This document shows, in pieces, positions 27,307 to 36,512 of a stretch of DNA of 64,000 nt (its first letter is position 1; each line of letters opens with the position of its first letter). A model generated the notes under the pieces. It saw nothing but the letters and a program-made list of their open reading frames with translations. It was not told the DNA's origin and searched no databases. The DNA is taken from the IMG/VR virus record IMGVR_UViG_3300000976_000008, positions 47,223 through 111,222 of that record, one strand, 5' to 3'. This stretch comes from a virus. Taxonomy: Duplodnaviria; Heunggongvirae; Uroviricota; Caudoviricetes. Position numbers and translations under genes: made by a program.

Positions 27307-27459
27307 TTGGATAGCGGTGCGGAATCGAACCGCAGTCTCTAGTCATCGGCAGGCAATGTCCTCAGAGTTAGCTAACATCCCTAACCTCGTAGTGTTCTTT
27401 CCAGTTGAACTACCGCATGAGCTGACGGAGTGACTTCGAAGCCACTATCCTGATCATCA
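27307..27459 (-). ncRNA. tRNA-like stable RNA of about 153 nt with a 9-bp terminal helix, a canonical T-arm and a large internal insertion
   Basis: 5' GGATAGTGG pairs with 3' CCGCTATCC, just after TGCGG-TTCGATT-CCGCA. An internal hairpin AGTTC-AACTGGAAA-GAACT looks like a D-arm. Confidence 0.4.
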
Positions 27460-27525
27460 ATCTCGTCCTGATGTGTCACCAATCCGAAATTTCACAGTGT
27501 TTTGCCTTAAACTACCGCCCTTAAG

Positions 27526-27597
27526 TGGAAGCGACCGGATTCGAACCGGCAACCACCTGCGTGCAAAGCAGGCACTCTCCCATTGAGTTACGCCCCC
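27526..27597 (-). tRNA. tRNA-Ala (anticodon UGC)
   Basis: Acceptor GGGGGCG/CGCTTCC (with GU pairs), anticodon stem-loop CCTGC-TTTGCAC-GCAGG, T-loop TTCGAAT. Confidence 0.75.
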
Positions 27598-27736
27598 CTA
27601 ATTTATCTCTTTTTGATTCTTTCTGAAGGGTTAGCAGACCGGGGTTTCACCGGCATCTTTCTGATCTTCAACGAGGGGTTTGCAATCCCCAATTTCACAA
27701 ACTGTTTTAATTAAACTACCGCTTTCGCCTTCGAAG

Positions 27737-27851
27737 ATGTGCGGGACGGATTTGAACCGGCGACCTCCTGGTCATGGGAAGTTCATTTTCCACCATCTTA
27801 GTTTCCAAATTCTCCCTCATCAAGTGCTCTGCCTGACTGAGCTACCGCACA
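27737..27851 (-). tRNA. tRNA gene with an insertion of about 41 nt in the anticodon-arm region (intron-like or disrupted)
   Basis: Acceptor TGTGCGG/CCGCACA, D-arm GCTC-AGTCAGGCA-GAGC, variable AGGTC and T-arm GCCGG-TTCAAAT-CCGTC are all canonical. However, 64 nt sit between the D-arm and the variable loop where about 18 are expected. The T-arm is almost identical to that of the adjacent tRNA-Phe. Confidence 0.5.
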
Positions 27852-27856
27852 ATGAG

Positions 27857-27930
27857 TGGTACAGGCCGGATTTGAACCGGCGACCACCTGATTTTCAGTC
27901 AGGCACTCTACCGAGCTGAGTTACTGTACC
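27857..27930 (-). tRNA. tRNA-Phe (anticodon GAA)
   Basis: Acceptor GGTACAG/CTGTACC, anticodon stem-loop CCTGA-CTGAAAA-TCAGG, T-arm GCCGG-TTCAAAT-CCGGC. Confidence 0.8.
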
Positions 27931-28229
27931 AAAATAGCTTGATAAATGGTAAAAGTGGTATGCTTTTCGACTTTAATAATCCGATAAGCATCTTCCATTT
28001 TACACACTATGATATCACCAATTTCAAAACCTTCCATTACAATGATTTCTTCCATACCCGAACAAACGAAATTCGGATCATCTAGAAATGTCTGCCTATC
28101 ATGATGAACATAAAACGCTGATGTGAAACTGGCATTGTAATAGATGGTTTTTGAAATTTTTGGGATACCATTAATTTCATCTGCCCCATCATTTTGTTTC
28201 GTCTGTGGCCATTTTGTTTGATTCTGCAA
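27921..28229 (-). CDS. Hypothetical protein
   Basis: 102-aa ORF lying between tRNA genes. Confidence 0.3.
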   Translation of the reverse strand: MQNQTKWPQTKQNDGADEINGIPKISKTIYYNASFTSAFYVHHDRQTFLDDPNFVCSGMEEIIVMEGFEIGDIIVCKMEDAYRIIKVEKHTTFTIYQAILVQ

Positions 28230-28443
28230 TCAAGGCCAAAGTCTGTGTTGTTTGTTCTGCGAGTCTCGCGGCAAATCCTTCGGGCCACCAGATATCGTGA
28301 GTAACACTCTTTTCCGTAATTTCTTGGCAAGCGGCATCCAAGTGTTTTGCGAGAATTTGCTTAACCGCAAGTTCTTGATCTTTATCCATTATCTTCATCA
28401 ATCTTGAATAAACACACTGGAAGACGAGCATGAAAAATACCAA
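28189..28443 (-). CDS. Hypothetical protein
   Basis: 84-aa ORF. Confidence 0.3.
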   Translation of the reverse strand: MVFFMLVFQCVYSRLMKIMDKDQELAVKQILAKHLDAACQEITEKSVTHDIWWPEGFAARLAEQTTQTLALIAESNKMATDETK

Positions 28444-28588
28444 ATGTCGAACCAGCGAATAGTGAGCCAGACAATACTAAAAATGCAACTAGTGGGTAGT
28501 CTAAGATAGTAGATGTGGCGAAAAATCCTGCTCCAACAAAGGCTCCTATTGCCCCATAAAAAGCAAAAGCTAATAATCGTTCTACCAT
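28382..28588 (-). CDS. Small membrane protein
   Basis: 68-aa ORF, Gly/Ala-rich and hydrophobic. Confidence 0.3.
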   Translation of the reverse strand: MVERLLAFAFYGAIGAFVGAGFFATSTILDYPLVAFLVLSGSLFAGSTFGIFHARLPVCLFKIDEDNG

Positions 28589-28604
28589 CTAAAGTCTCCT
28601 TCAA

Positions 28605-28675
28605 TGACCCATATCGGATTCGAACCGATGTCAGCAGATAGAAAGTCTGCCATGCTACCACTGCACCAATGGGCC
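28605..28675 (-). tRNA. tRNA-Glu (anticodon UUC)
   Basis: Acceptor GGCCCAT/ATGGGTC, anticodon stem-loop GCAGA-CTTTCTA-TCTGC, T-arm ATCGG-TTCGAAT-CCGAT. Confidence 0.75.
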
Positions 28676-28699
28676 TAATTTAAGAATACATATGGAATC

Positions 28700-28885
28700 T
28701 CCGCAACTGGGTCGCCGGGTCTCATCGGCTGTCTCAATGGGAAGGAAAGAGTTGCTTAAGCTTTCCTGGCCCTCAACAGCCACCCGGCACGAGGTTCCGG
28801 GTTCTCCGGATCACTCTGAAAGGGGACTGTGGCCGGAAAGGTTTGTAAATTGCCCCCAATGGCGATGTTAGCACACGCCACCTGA
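28700..28885. ncRNA. GC-rich structured segment next to the tRNA island, a candidate small stable RNA
   Basis: The segment has a sharp GC excess over the AT-rich flanks. It contains several local hairpins, e.g. CCCGG-AACCTCGTG-CCGGG. It shares the motif CCTT(T)CCGGCCA with the element at 26819 in inverted orientation. Confidence 0.3.
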
Positions 28886-29042
28886 ATATTATCGTTATAT
28901 CTCAAAGAGAATAACATGGGCAATACAATTTCCTGTAGAAGAATCTTATCTTTGATTCAAATACATCAGATGAAAAGTGAAAAACTTCTCTACAAAAGAG
29001 ACCCAAAAAGAAGAACCAAGGTTCGTTTTTCGAAGGCAATTT

Positions 29043-30866
29043 TCAAGTATAGCTATTTATGGTACCACCATTGGTAGCATTTGTTGTTACACCATTAAGA
29101 GATGTATGAACATTAACAGTTCCACCACTCAGTACAGTAGAGCCCGCTTGCACATCAACAACTGTATTACCACTAAATGTGGAATTTTGACCAATCCAAA
29201 TCTCGGTATTATTGCCAGTTGCTAACACTCCAATACCTGTATCTACACCATTAGTCTCTGCATCGCGAATAGTGCAACCTGCAATCCAGCATTTGGATGA
29301 ACCAATATTATGTATGGTTCTTTTCCCACCTATAAAATCGACACAGCATAAAATCGAATTGCCCTTATGGATAGTAAATGCATTGTGATTATCACCAGGA
29401 CCAACAGATTGGATTTGACCACCATAGACCAAAACCATTCCACCATCAGAACTAACACTTATCGCATCTGTATTAGAGGAACCACTACAATTACAAAATA
29501 CAGTGAAACCAGATCCTTCTAAGTCACCACCAATACCACAGTTCAGAAAAAATGTATCCGCTTTAGCATCTGAACCACTTGTCGAATAATTGCTGTTTAT
29601 CAAAATATTAAAAAAACTGGTTTCATGCCCTGGCGTGTTATATGTAGGCCGTGCTGTACCCGACAAATTAGCGATAGTGGCCATATCACCACCATCAGGC
29701 GAGTACAAAATAAGCGATCTATTTCTGCTACGTTCATCGCCATATTGGCCAGAAAAGTCTTGCCCATTGGCAAGTTGAATATAGTGCCATGTGCCATCAT
29801 CAAGGCCAGTTGTTAATGATGTATATGGATTCAATTCTGAACCATCGCCTCCAAGAGCTGCCGTTTGATCTACATACAAAACTTTATTGGTTGGATTAGG
29901 ACGCAAAACTGACCAATCATTCAGCTTTACAGTATTATCGATGGATGTGCCATCAAACGTCTTGACACCAAATGGTGAAATCCAATCAAAACCGGCTGGG
30001 CGTGGTAGAGCATTTTGAACAGGAAAACAATAATTAGAATCAGCCCATGTGATCAATTCATCCTGTTGATTTGTCGATAGTGCTTGATCAAGTCGAATCA
30101 ATTCACATAAATTAACACGACCTAATCGTGATACAGTAGTACCAATAATTTGACCATTTACAACAGATTTATCAAAAGCCCATGTTGCATTCGTAGACTT
30201 ACTTCGTATCGCAGATTGCATGAACGAACGAAATTGGAACTCAGAACCATCCCATGTGACCATACACCAAGTTGGATGATCAACTAGATTGTAATCAACA
30301 TTATCAACAAAATTCACGATTGTGGAACCACCAACACGCAATTGACAATTCCAAGAACCGTTGTAGTTTCCAAGCAAAAAATAATCCGTTGAATTTGAAC
30401 TATCACTAGCCCCAAATGTCGAACGGTTCGGTCGCAGACCACCATATCCTATAAATAGCAAGGTAAATGGTGAGATAGAACTAAGACCTGGTGCTAAACC
30501 ATCGCATTCCGCTTGCAATTCGCCAGCAATGGATAGAATATGTGTTCCATTTGATGCACGTCGCACACCAATTGGTGCATCATCGGGACGTACCAACACA
30601 TTATTATCTGTGCCAATATCTGGGATCGTTACAAGCGAACCATGGTTATAAGAACCATAAGCACTCAAACGTGTCGTTGGTGCAGGCAAAGAAGAAGGAA
30701 ATTCAGGTGGTGGAGTCATGCCATCATTTGGAGGCGGAGGATCACCACCAGATTGAGAAGAACCACCACCGGCTACCACAGCAAGTCTAGACACTAGCAA
30801 GATCTCCAAACAAAGTCCAAACGTTTGCAGCTTTTTTCTTAAGACCAATAACAGAGAATTGACCAT
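29043..30866 (-). CDS. Secreted or structural beta-helix protein (pectate-lyase-like fold); candidate tail fibre or depolymerase
   Basis: The N-terminus is hydrophobic. The C-terminal third carries repeated GNNTEIWIGQNSTFSGNTVVD / NIGSSKCWIAGCTIRD beta-helix-type repeats. The start may instead be at 30719. Confidence 0.45.
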   Translation of the reverse strand: MVNSLLLVLRKKLQTFGLCLEILLVSRLAVVAGGGSSQSGGDPPPPNDGMTPPPEFPSSLPAPTTRLSAYGSYNHGSLVTIPDIGTDNNVLVRPDDAPIGVRRASNGTHILSIAGELQAECDGLAPGLSSISPFTLLFIGYGGLRPNRSTFGASDSSNSTDYFLLGNYNGSWNCQLRVGGSTIVNFVDNVDYNLVDHPTWCMVTWDGSEFQFRSFMQSAIRSKSTNATWAFDKSVVNGQIIGTTVSRLGRVNLCELIRLDQALSTNQQDELITWADSNYCFPVQNALPRPAGFDWISPFGVKTFDGTSIDNTVKLNDWSVLRPNPTNKVLYVDQTAALGGDGSELNPYTSLTTGLDDGTWHYIQLANGQDFSGQYGDERSRNRSLILYSPDGGDMATIANLSGTARPTYNTPGHETSFFNILINSNYSTSGSDAKADTFFLNCGIGGDLEGSGFTVFCNCSGSSNTDAISVSSDGGMVLVYGGQIQSVGPGDNHNAFTIHKGNSILCCVDFIGGKRTIHNIGSSKCWIAGCTIRDAETNGVDTGIGVLATGNNTEIWIGQNSTFSGNTVVDVQAGSTVLSGGTVNVHTSLNGVTTNATNGGTINSYT

Positions 30867-31107
30867 TGGTTGACATCAACCGTGCTGCATTCACATTTAC
30901 AGTTACACCAGGGGCGGCAGAAATAGTAACCAAGCCAGTTCCAGCTTGTTCAATCGTAATTTCTGAACCGATGGGCAATTCTTCTGTTGCATTATCGGGA
31001 ACAGTGATTATGATATCGGAATCCGACGTAGATTCTAGGTATCGAGAACCATCTTTCAAAGCCAATGTTCTAGATGCTGTGACCTGAAGTGGTTGTGGAT
31101 TGCTCAA
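30787..31107 (-). CDS. Hypothetical protein
   Basis: 106-aa ORF. Confidence 0.3.
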   Translation of the reverse strand: MSNPQPLQVTASRTLALKDGSRYLESTSDSDIIITVPDNATEELPIGSEITIEQAGTGLVTISAAPGVTVNVNAARLMSTNGQFSVIGLKKKAANVWTLFGDLASV

Positions 31108-31240
31108 TTTAATTTCTCCAGTATATTGAATTAATCATTGCTTGCAGATGTTTTTATGTACGTCTCTATGTACGTCTCTAAAGAATCCCAACATACTGAT
31201 TCATCCTGGTCATCTCCATCGTAGTCTCTGGCATCTGAAA

Positions 31241-31669
31241 TCATCTAACATCTCCAGCATCGATGATTTCAATTTCAACGCCACAATTGGGAAATATAAC
31301 TATCATCTCACTATCAGAAATCGTCTGCAAGGCTTGATATCCTTTTGCTTTCAATTTCTCGATATATAACGGTAATGCTTTATAATCTCTATCCATTAAA
31401 ATATCAAAAATTGAATAATCAAATTGATCATTATAATCAACTTTGTAAAGTCTTTCAATTTCGATTTGTACCGCTATAATGGTTGAGCCGTAATTTTTAG
31501 CCCATTCAATATGTGGAGTAAAGAACACACCGTAAGAAGGGATTTCAAAATTTTCTATCGGTTGATTAGTACCATGATACACAATACCAGAAAATTTCTC
31601 TGATATCTGATTTAGTTTCATTTCTATATCCAGCAAAATGGTTAGGATTGCCGTGCCGATCGACACCAA
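31241..31669 (-). CDS. Hypothetical protein
   Basis: 142-aa ORF. Confidence 0.35.
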   Translation of the reverse strand: MVSIGTAILTILLDIEMKLNQISEKFSGIVYHGTNQPIENFEIPSYGVFFTPHIEWAKNYGSTIIAVQIEIERLYKVDYNDQFDYSIFDILMDRDYKALPLYIEKLKAKGYQALQTISDSEMIVIFPNCGVEIEIIDAGDVR

Positions 31670-31693
31670 GGAATGCCTCTAGATTATTTACCA

Positions 31694-32290
31694 TTATTCC
31701 ATCACTGTATCGCCGCCAACACCCCAAAGTCCTAGGACTTTACACTGGCTGAAATCACTTAGAGTGACTCTTATAGTTTTGACGCCGAACCTTTTCAACT
31801 GTTCGCGGAGTTTCTTGGTCAACTCTTTATCTATCGTTTGACCCTCTTCTTGCAGATATTTGAAGTCATACTTGATTATAACTTCTTTTACAGCGGCCAG
31901 TGCCAAATCTCTGATCGTGTCTTCATAGTCGTATGTTTCGACCAATAATTTCACAACGTCGGCTATCTCATATACTAATATACCACTTACACCAATAGTC
32001 TTATTATCAGCGGTACACAGATATTGAGCTTCTAGATTTGTCGTCTGCCTCTTGATGGGGACGACTTCGCATTCGGTAACCAAAGGCCAGTAGAAGTGGA
32101 TGCCGGTCTTGGTGAATCTAAATGGGCTAAATCGTGGAAATCTAATCCCATTTAAATGGGTAATCATTATTATATCAGTTCCGCACGCAAATTTGACTCC
32201 TGCGTGTGTAGCTCTAACCAAGATGATATGGGGGAACACTCGAATGAATGTCCTTATTATATCACCTAACCACCCTAATGCAGCTTCCAC
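31694..32290 (-). CDS. SPFH/band-7 (stomatin/prohibitin-like) domain protein
   Basis: VPIKRQTTNLEAQYLCTADNKTIGVSGILVYEIADV is the typical SPFH core. Confidence 0.5.
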   Translation of the reverse strand: MEAALGWLGDIIRTFIRVFPHIILVRATHAGVKFACGTDIIMITHLNGIRFPRFSPFRFTKTGIHFYWPLVTECEVVPIKRQTTNLEAQYLCTADNKTIGVSGILVYEIADVVKLLVETYDYEDTIRDLALAAVKEVIIKYDFKYLQEEGQTIDKELTKKLREQLKRFGVKTIRVTLSDFSQCKVLGLWGVGGDTVME

Positions 32291-32310
32291 AATTGATCCG
32301 TTATTTTAGG

Positions 32311-32646
32311 TCAATCTCCAGAAGCACCAACTTTCCGGCTTCCTGTTTCCTTCTTCAACAGGATTTTCATCATTAAGACGCTGCCTTCTGTTGTTGCTAT
32401 CACGTAGATGACGCTCATTGGAACGAGCCAGAAATAGCTTCCAGATTCGAATGCACCCCAAATCTGTTTCCAAACAATCATATGACAGACGAGCCAAACG
32501 CTATTTGAACACCAAGCTGCTTTCCGGTGGTAAGAGGGATCTCCTGAATTTCTCGATCTGCTTGTCCAGGTGAAAGCCATATTTTGGCCAAAAGCTACTA
32601 GGGCTAGTAAAGCTAACCAGCCTATTTGCTGAAGAATTTCTGTCAT
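32311..32646 (-). CDS. Membrane protein, possibly NfeD-like partner of the SPFH protein
   Basis: Two hydrophobic helices, placed immediately upstream of the SPFH gene. Confidence 0.35.
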   Translation of the reverse strand: MTEILQQIGWLALLALVAFGQNMAFTWTSRSRNSGDPSYHRKAAWCSNSVWLVCHMIVWKQIWGAFESGSYFWLVPMSVIYVIATTEGSVLMMKILLKKETGSRKVGASGD

Positions 32647-33977
32647 TGTGGAGGCCGTTTCGATCCTGTTGGTTTCCCAGTATAACTATTAAGATTAACT
32701 TGAAGACGAGCCATTGGTCCAGTGTCATAATCCCAAACGTAAGCCATCGCTCCTCGTTTTTGCCAGTTGAATGACTTCGTCCTATGCCATTGATTTGGCG
32801 GAGTCAATGCCGGAAGATATTCGACACTAACACCTTGTTCTTCCATAGTGTGAGGCTTCGATGATCCCTTTCGGTGTTGATCACCTAAATGCCATTCCCT
32901 ATAAGAAGTCTCAGCCCAATCCTGGGGCCGTTCATTCGCCATAAGTGCTGCCAATCGTATAGGGGCAACACTATGACCATGCTCGTAGCCAATCAAATTG
33001 GTTCCGAATCTGTGGAATTTGTAAGGAGAGGCGGATGCATCAACTTCAACATTCGCATCATTCCGATAATAAGCCTTCAGAACTCTAGCCAAAGTGAAAG
33101 CTGCTTGAGTATCGTGATTACCAGGTACCTCAATAATCTTGGTATTACCATATTTCTTGATAGCATCAATCATCTGGATCGCTAGCATTTCTGCACGTTC
33201 ATAGACATGATGCCAAGAAACAGCTTCTGGTTGTAATGTCCCTGCAGTTGTGGCATGATTGATGCCATCATGATGCATATAATCATTACCAAATGGGAAT
33301 ATTACCTCTTCAAATGGACCATACTTACTTGCCAGTTTAAGCAAGCCGTCTACCGCCCACATGCAAATCGATTCACAATCGTCTAAGCTCCATGCTTGGT
33401 CAGATGACGGTTTAAAGCACTGGAGACCAAGGTGGGGGTCCATTATTGAGATTTCAAGACATCGACGAGTGCTTTTTACAGCCTTTGGTCTTTTAATCTT
33501 AGAGACTATCGGAGAAGACTTTGAAATCCGATCAATTAATGACTCTAACGCGAGAGCCTCGTTTATTTTTCTCTTCAGCCTTATCTTAATTTGGCGAAGA
33601 GGAGTCTTCCAAAGTTCTTGAGATCCATCTCTTTTTATCTTTCCGGCAACCTCCCAGTTATTGACAGTCACTTCAGAAACTTCCCAGATTTCAAGATCGA
33701 TATCAGAATCTGCTAGGAGGTCTTCTGGAGTAGAGATTTTCGTACCAACATAGTCTATGCTGATACTATTTGCAGTTTGAGTTTTCTTGTTTTTCTCTTT
33801 TGGCTTTCCGTCTTTTCCTGTCAAATTAAGTTCAATCGCTTTGTTGTAGCGACCAAACAATGTCGATCGTGGTATACCCAAAGTCCTTGCGGCCTCTGAA
33901 ATATTACCATTGTGTTCGTCGACGGTTTCCTTAGCTTGAAGTAGTAGTACAGTGTCTACCTGTCTCGGCATAACCAA
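32643..33977 (-). CDS. HTH-domain plus calcineurin-like metallophosphoesterase
   Basis: The N-terminal Fis-type HTH is NISEAARTLGIPRSTLFGRYNK. GNDYMHHD and GNHD are phosphoesterase motifs. Confidence 0.5.
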   Translation of the reverse strand: MVMPRQVDTVLLLQAKETVDEHNGNISEAARTLGIPRSTLFGRYNKAIELNLTGKDGKPKEKNKKTQTANSISIDYVGTKISTPEDLLADSDIDLEIWEVSEVTVNNWEVAGKIKRDGSQELWKTPLRQIKIRLKRKINEALALESLIDRISKSSPIVSKIKRPKAVKSTRRCLEISIMDPHLGLQCFKPSSDQAWSLDDCESICMWAVDGLLKLASKYGPFEEVIFPFGNDYMHHDGINHATTAGTLQPEAVSWHHVYERAEMLAIQMIDAIKKYGNTKIIEVPGNHDTQAAFTLARVLKAYYRNDANVEVDASASPYKFHRFGTNLIGYEHGHSVAPIRLAALMANERPQDWAETSYREWHLGDQHRKGSSKPHTMEEQGVSVEYLPALTPPNQWHRTKSFNWQKRGAMAYVWDYDTGPMARLQVNLNSYTGKPTGSKRPPQ

Positions 33978-34159
33978 ATCCTCTATCCGTACTGTCCTTG
34001 GATAAGAAAGAGCTATTTGGGATACATGTCATCTGCATCAAACAGACCAGAGCTTAAATTTATATCAAAACTTGATAAATGGTGGGGTTGTTCAATCTAA
34101 ACAACACCCGATCTTTAATATATGTTTTAAAGAATAGCAGAAAGGTAAAGATATAAGTC

Positions 34160-34699
34160 TTAGACGTTTTCTTCCGGGTTTTCCAACCGCAAGAGATTCC
34201 TCTTAATATCTTGGCCCCAATGATATCCTCCAAGGCCCTTCTTGGGTACCACCCTATGACAAGGGATGATGAAAGCAACTGGGTTTGCACCACATGCTTG
34301 AGCAACTGCTCTATAGGATCTAGGAGACCCAATCATTTTAGCTATTTCACCATATTGAATGGTCTGACCCGGTGAGGTATTATCTATAGCCTTCCAAACC
34401 TTCATTTGAAAATCGGTGCCAGAAAGACCAACAGCCATATGTTGGAACAATCTACCTCTGCGTTTATTTGGATCAGCTATAGCCGCCGCAATAGCATCAC
34501 CCCAACTATCAAGCATGCGAGATTTTTCATGCGGAGCATTCGGAAACCGCTTCTCAGCTTCTTCCAAAAGAGAGGCTTCATCAGACCCAAAAAACAGATA
34601 TCGAACACCCATAATCATACCAATATGGACACCAAGCAGAGCTGGTCCAACAGCAGTATCAAAAAAGTTATACGTCATCAATGGTTTTGGAGTTAGCAC
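34160..34699 (-). CDS. Methylated-DNA-protein-cysteine methyltransferase (O6-methylguanine-DNA methyltransferase, MGMT/Ogt)
   Basis: The IPCHRVV active site and TDFQMKVWKAI...YGEIA...RAVAQACGANP helix-turn-helix are present. Confidence 0.85.
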   Translation of the reverse strand: MLTPKPLMTYNFFDTAVGPALLGVHIGMIMGVRYLFFGSDEASLLEEAEKRFPNAPHEKSRMLDSWGDAIAAAIADPNKRRGRLFQHMAVGLSGTDFQMKVWKAIDNTSPGQTIQYGEIAKMIGSPRSYRAVAQACGANPVAFIIPCHRVVPKKGLGGYHWGQDIKRNLLRLENPEENV

Positions 34700-35501
34700 G
34701 AGTAGAAACCTTGTAATACTTCAAAGGTCTTGGCCCATAGAGACTCAATTCACCAGGACCAGCAACAGCAGATGAAGCATGATGCCAAAAAGCTGTTGAA
34801 AGAATAGGGTCTCCACCATACTTAGTCAGAATGAGAGAAATCAACCTCTCAAACATATGGGGTGTCCAAAACCCAATATCACCAAGACGTAATCGACTCG
34901 CTATCTTATATAGTTCATTACCCAAATGATCGAACGTCAATCTAGAGCAAGCAAATTGGTGCGAGTAAATCATGCTAGGTTTGACATCCATAGCATAATG
35001 CCACAAATCCAAGCTATAGTCCTTAATAAAATCCCAAACATGCACATCATTATCAAATTGATGACGCATGAAAGGATCTTGATCCACAGTTACAGGATAA
35101 TCGTCTGGAATAGTCCAATCATCCCACAACCCTATAGCATTCGCTGGTGCAATTAGCCCAATCGACCTCTTATTATTTTCCTTGATCCATTTGGAAATCT
35201 TCTTCCAAATATCTGTCGGTTTGAAATGAGGTTCTATATCGGTATGCATGATGGCGACATCATTATCACCAATCAATTGATCTGCATGTTCCCAAACAGT
35301 CAAAATAACAGATGTCTCGAATAGACATGAATTCCAAGATGCATAAGTTGGAAAGAAATCACTGGATTCAAAAAGATCAGCACCTTTTGGTTTAGTAGTA
35401 CCACAAGCAATCCGGTATTTCTCTACCAGTTTCGATCTAAATACAGAATCTCGCAACAAATTGATCGATTGCGGATGTGATAATACTATTGAGGTAATCA
35501 A
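34668..35501 (-). CDS. Hypothetical protein (in the glycan-modification cluster)
   Basis: 277-aa ORF, operon-linked to glycosyltransferases. Confidence 0.35.
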   Translation of the reverse strand: MITSIVLSHPQSINLLRDSVFRSKLVEKYRIACGTTKPKGADLFESSDFFPTYASWNSCLFETSVILTVWEHADQLIGDNDVAIMHTDIEPHFKPTDIWKKISKWIKENNKRSIGLIAPANAIGLWDDWTIPDDYPVTVDQDPFMRHQFDNDVHVWDFIKDYSLDLWHYAMDVKPSMIYSHQFACSRLTFDHLGNELYKIASRLRLGDIGFWTPHMFERLISLILTKYGGDPILSTAFWHHASSAVAGPGELSLYGPRPLKYYKVSTRANSKTIDDV

Positions 35502-35698
35502 CTTCTATCGCCATACTTCTTAATGAAATTCTTAAGGGGACCACGACAAACAAAAACCACGATTGTTATCGATATCCCAATCATAAACAAGCTCGAAATA
35601 GTTGTGAACACTACAACACGAATCTTATTCAGTAGAACCAAAGCAATAATTATCCCAGCGATCCAAAGAAGGCTGTTCAACGATCCTTTACCCATCAC
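35498..35698 (-). CDS. Small membrane protein
   Basis: 66-aa hydrophobic ORF. Confidence 0.3.
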   Translation of the reverse strand: MMGKGSLNSLLWIAGIIIALVLLNKIRVVVFTTISSLFMIGISITIVVFVCRGPLKNFIKKYGDRS

Positions 35699-36512
35699 GA
35701 ACTTTCATTTTTGAGATACCCATCGATTTCAATTGTAACTCGAAACCATCTTCGGATACTATCTCGACGGGGATGTAACTTGTCATTTCGTCATCTGCCC
35801 AATGCATGTGGGTTCCAAACAATTGAGGAAACATCAAATCCCATTTAGCCTTCAATTTTCTAAAGAAAGACCAATATCTGGAATCGTCGGTAAAACTAGC
35901 AGAGTATTTCCCATAATGAACTATGGGTAAATCGGCACAGTATACCCCATAACCAGCAGCTCTTGCCTGAAGGCAGATATCGACACCGTAGAAATGGAAT
36001 CCATTGAAAGATGGATCAAATCGGAGACCGGTGCTCTTTCTCAATACAAAAAGACATTCGTCTACACAATGTACTTTAGTAATCTCCTTTATCCCATTCC
36101 AATATGGTAATTCCCCCAGTTTGCTATCATCATCCCAGACAGAACCAACTATAAATTCTTCATCACCCTTGGTTCCACCCCAGAATCCAACATCTCTCCT
36201 GGAGCATTCCAAAGAGATGCCAGCAGAACCTAGAATAGCCCAATCGTCTGGCAATTTGGCGATCGTCTTCTCAAGAATCTCGAACCAATTTCCAACCAAA
36301 GAAACATCTTGATGACAAATAATTATAATATCAGATCTTGACGAGTCAAGACCAACATTCAAAGCAAGAGAGGCAGAGTATAGTCCCTCAGAATTTAATA
36401 TGGGCACAAATTCTATATCGAAACCGTGGCGACATGAATTAGCAGATGTCAAGACACATCTATCATACACGTCAGGCTTAGAGATGCAAGAAACTATCGA
36501 ATAATCTGGCAC
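35688..36512 (-). CDS. GT-A-fold glycosyltransferase
   Basis: The N-terminal nucleotide-sugar-binding region and DECLFV...GFHFYGVDICLQARAAGY are typical of GT2/GT-A enzymes. Confidence 0.5.
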   Translation of the reverse strand: MPDYSIVSCISKPDVYDRCVLTSANSCRHGFDIEFVPILNSEGLYSASLALNVGLDSSRSDIIIICHQDVSLVGNWFEILEKTIAKLPDDWAILGSAGISLECSRRDVGFWGGTKGDEEFIVGSVWDDDSKLGELPYWNGIKEITKVHCVDECLFVLRKSTGLRFDPSFNGFHFYGVDICLQARAAGYGVYCADLPIVHYGKYSASFTDDSRYWSFFRKLKAKWDLMFPQLFGTHMHWADDEMTSYIPVEIVSEDGFELQLKSMGISKMKVRDG

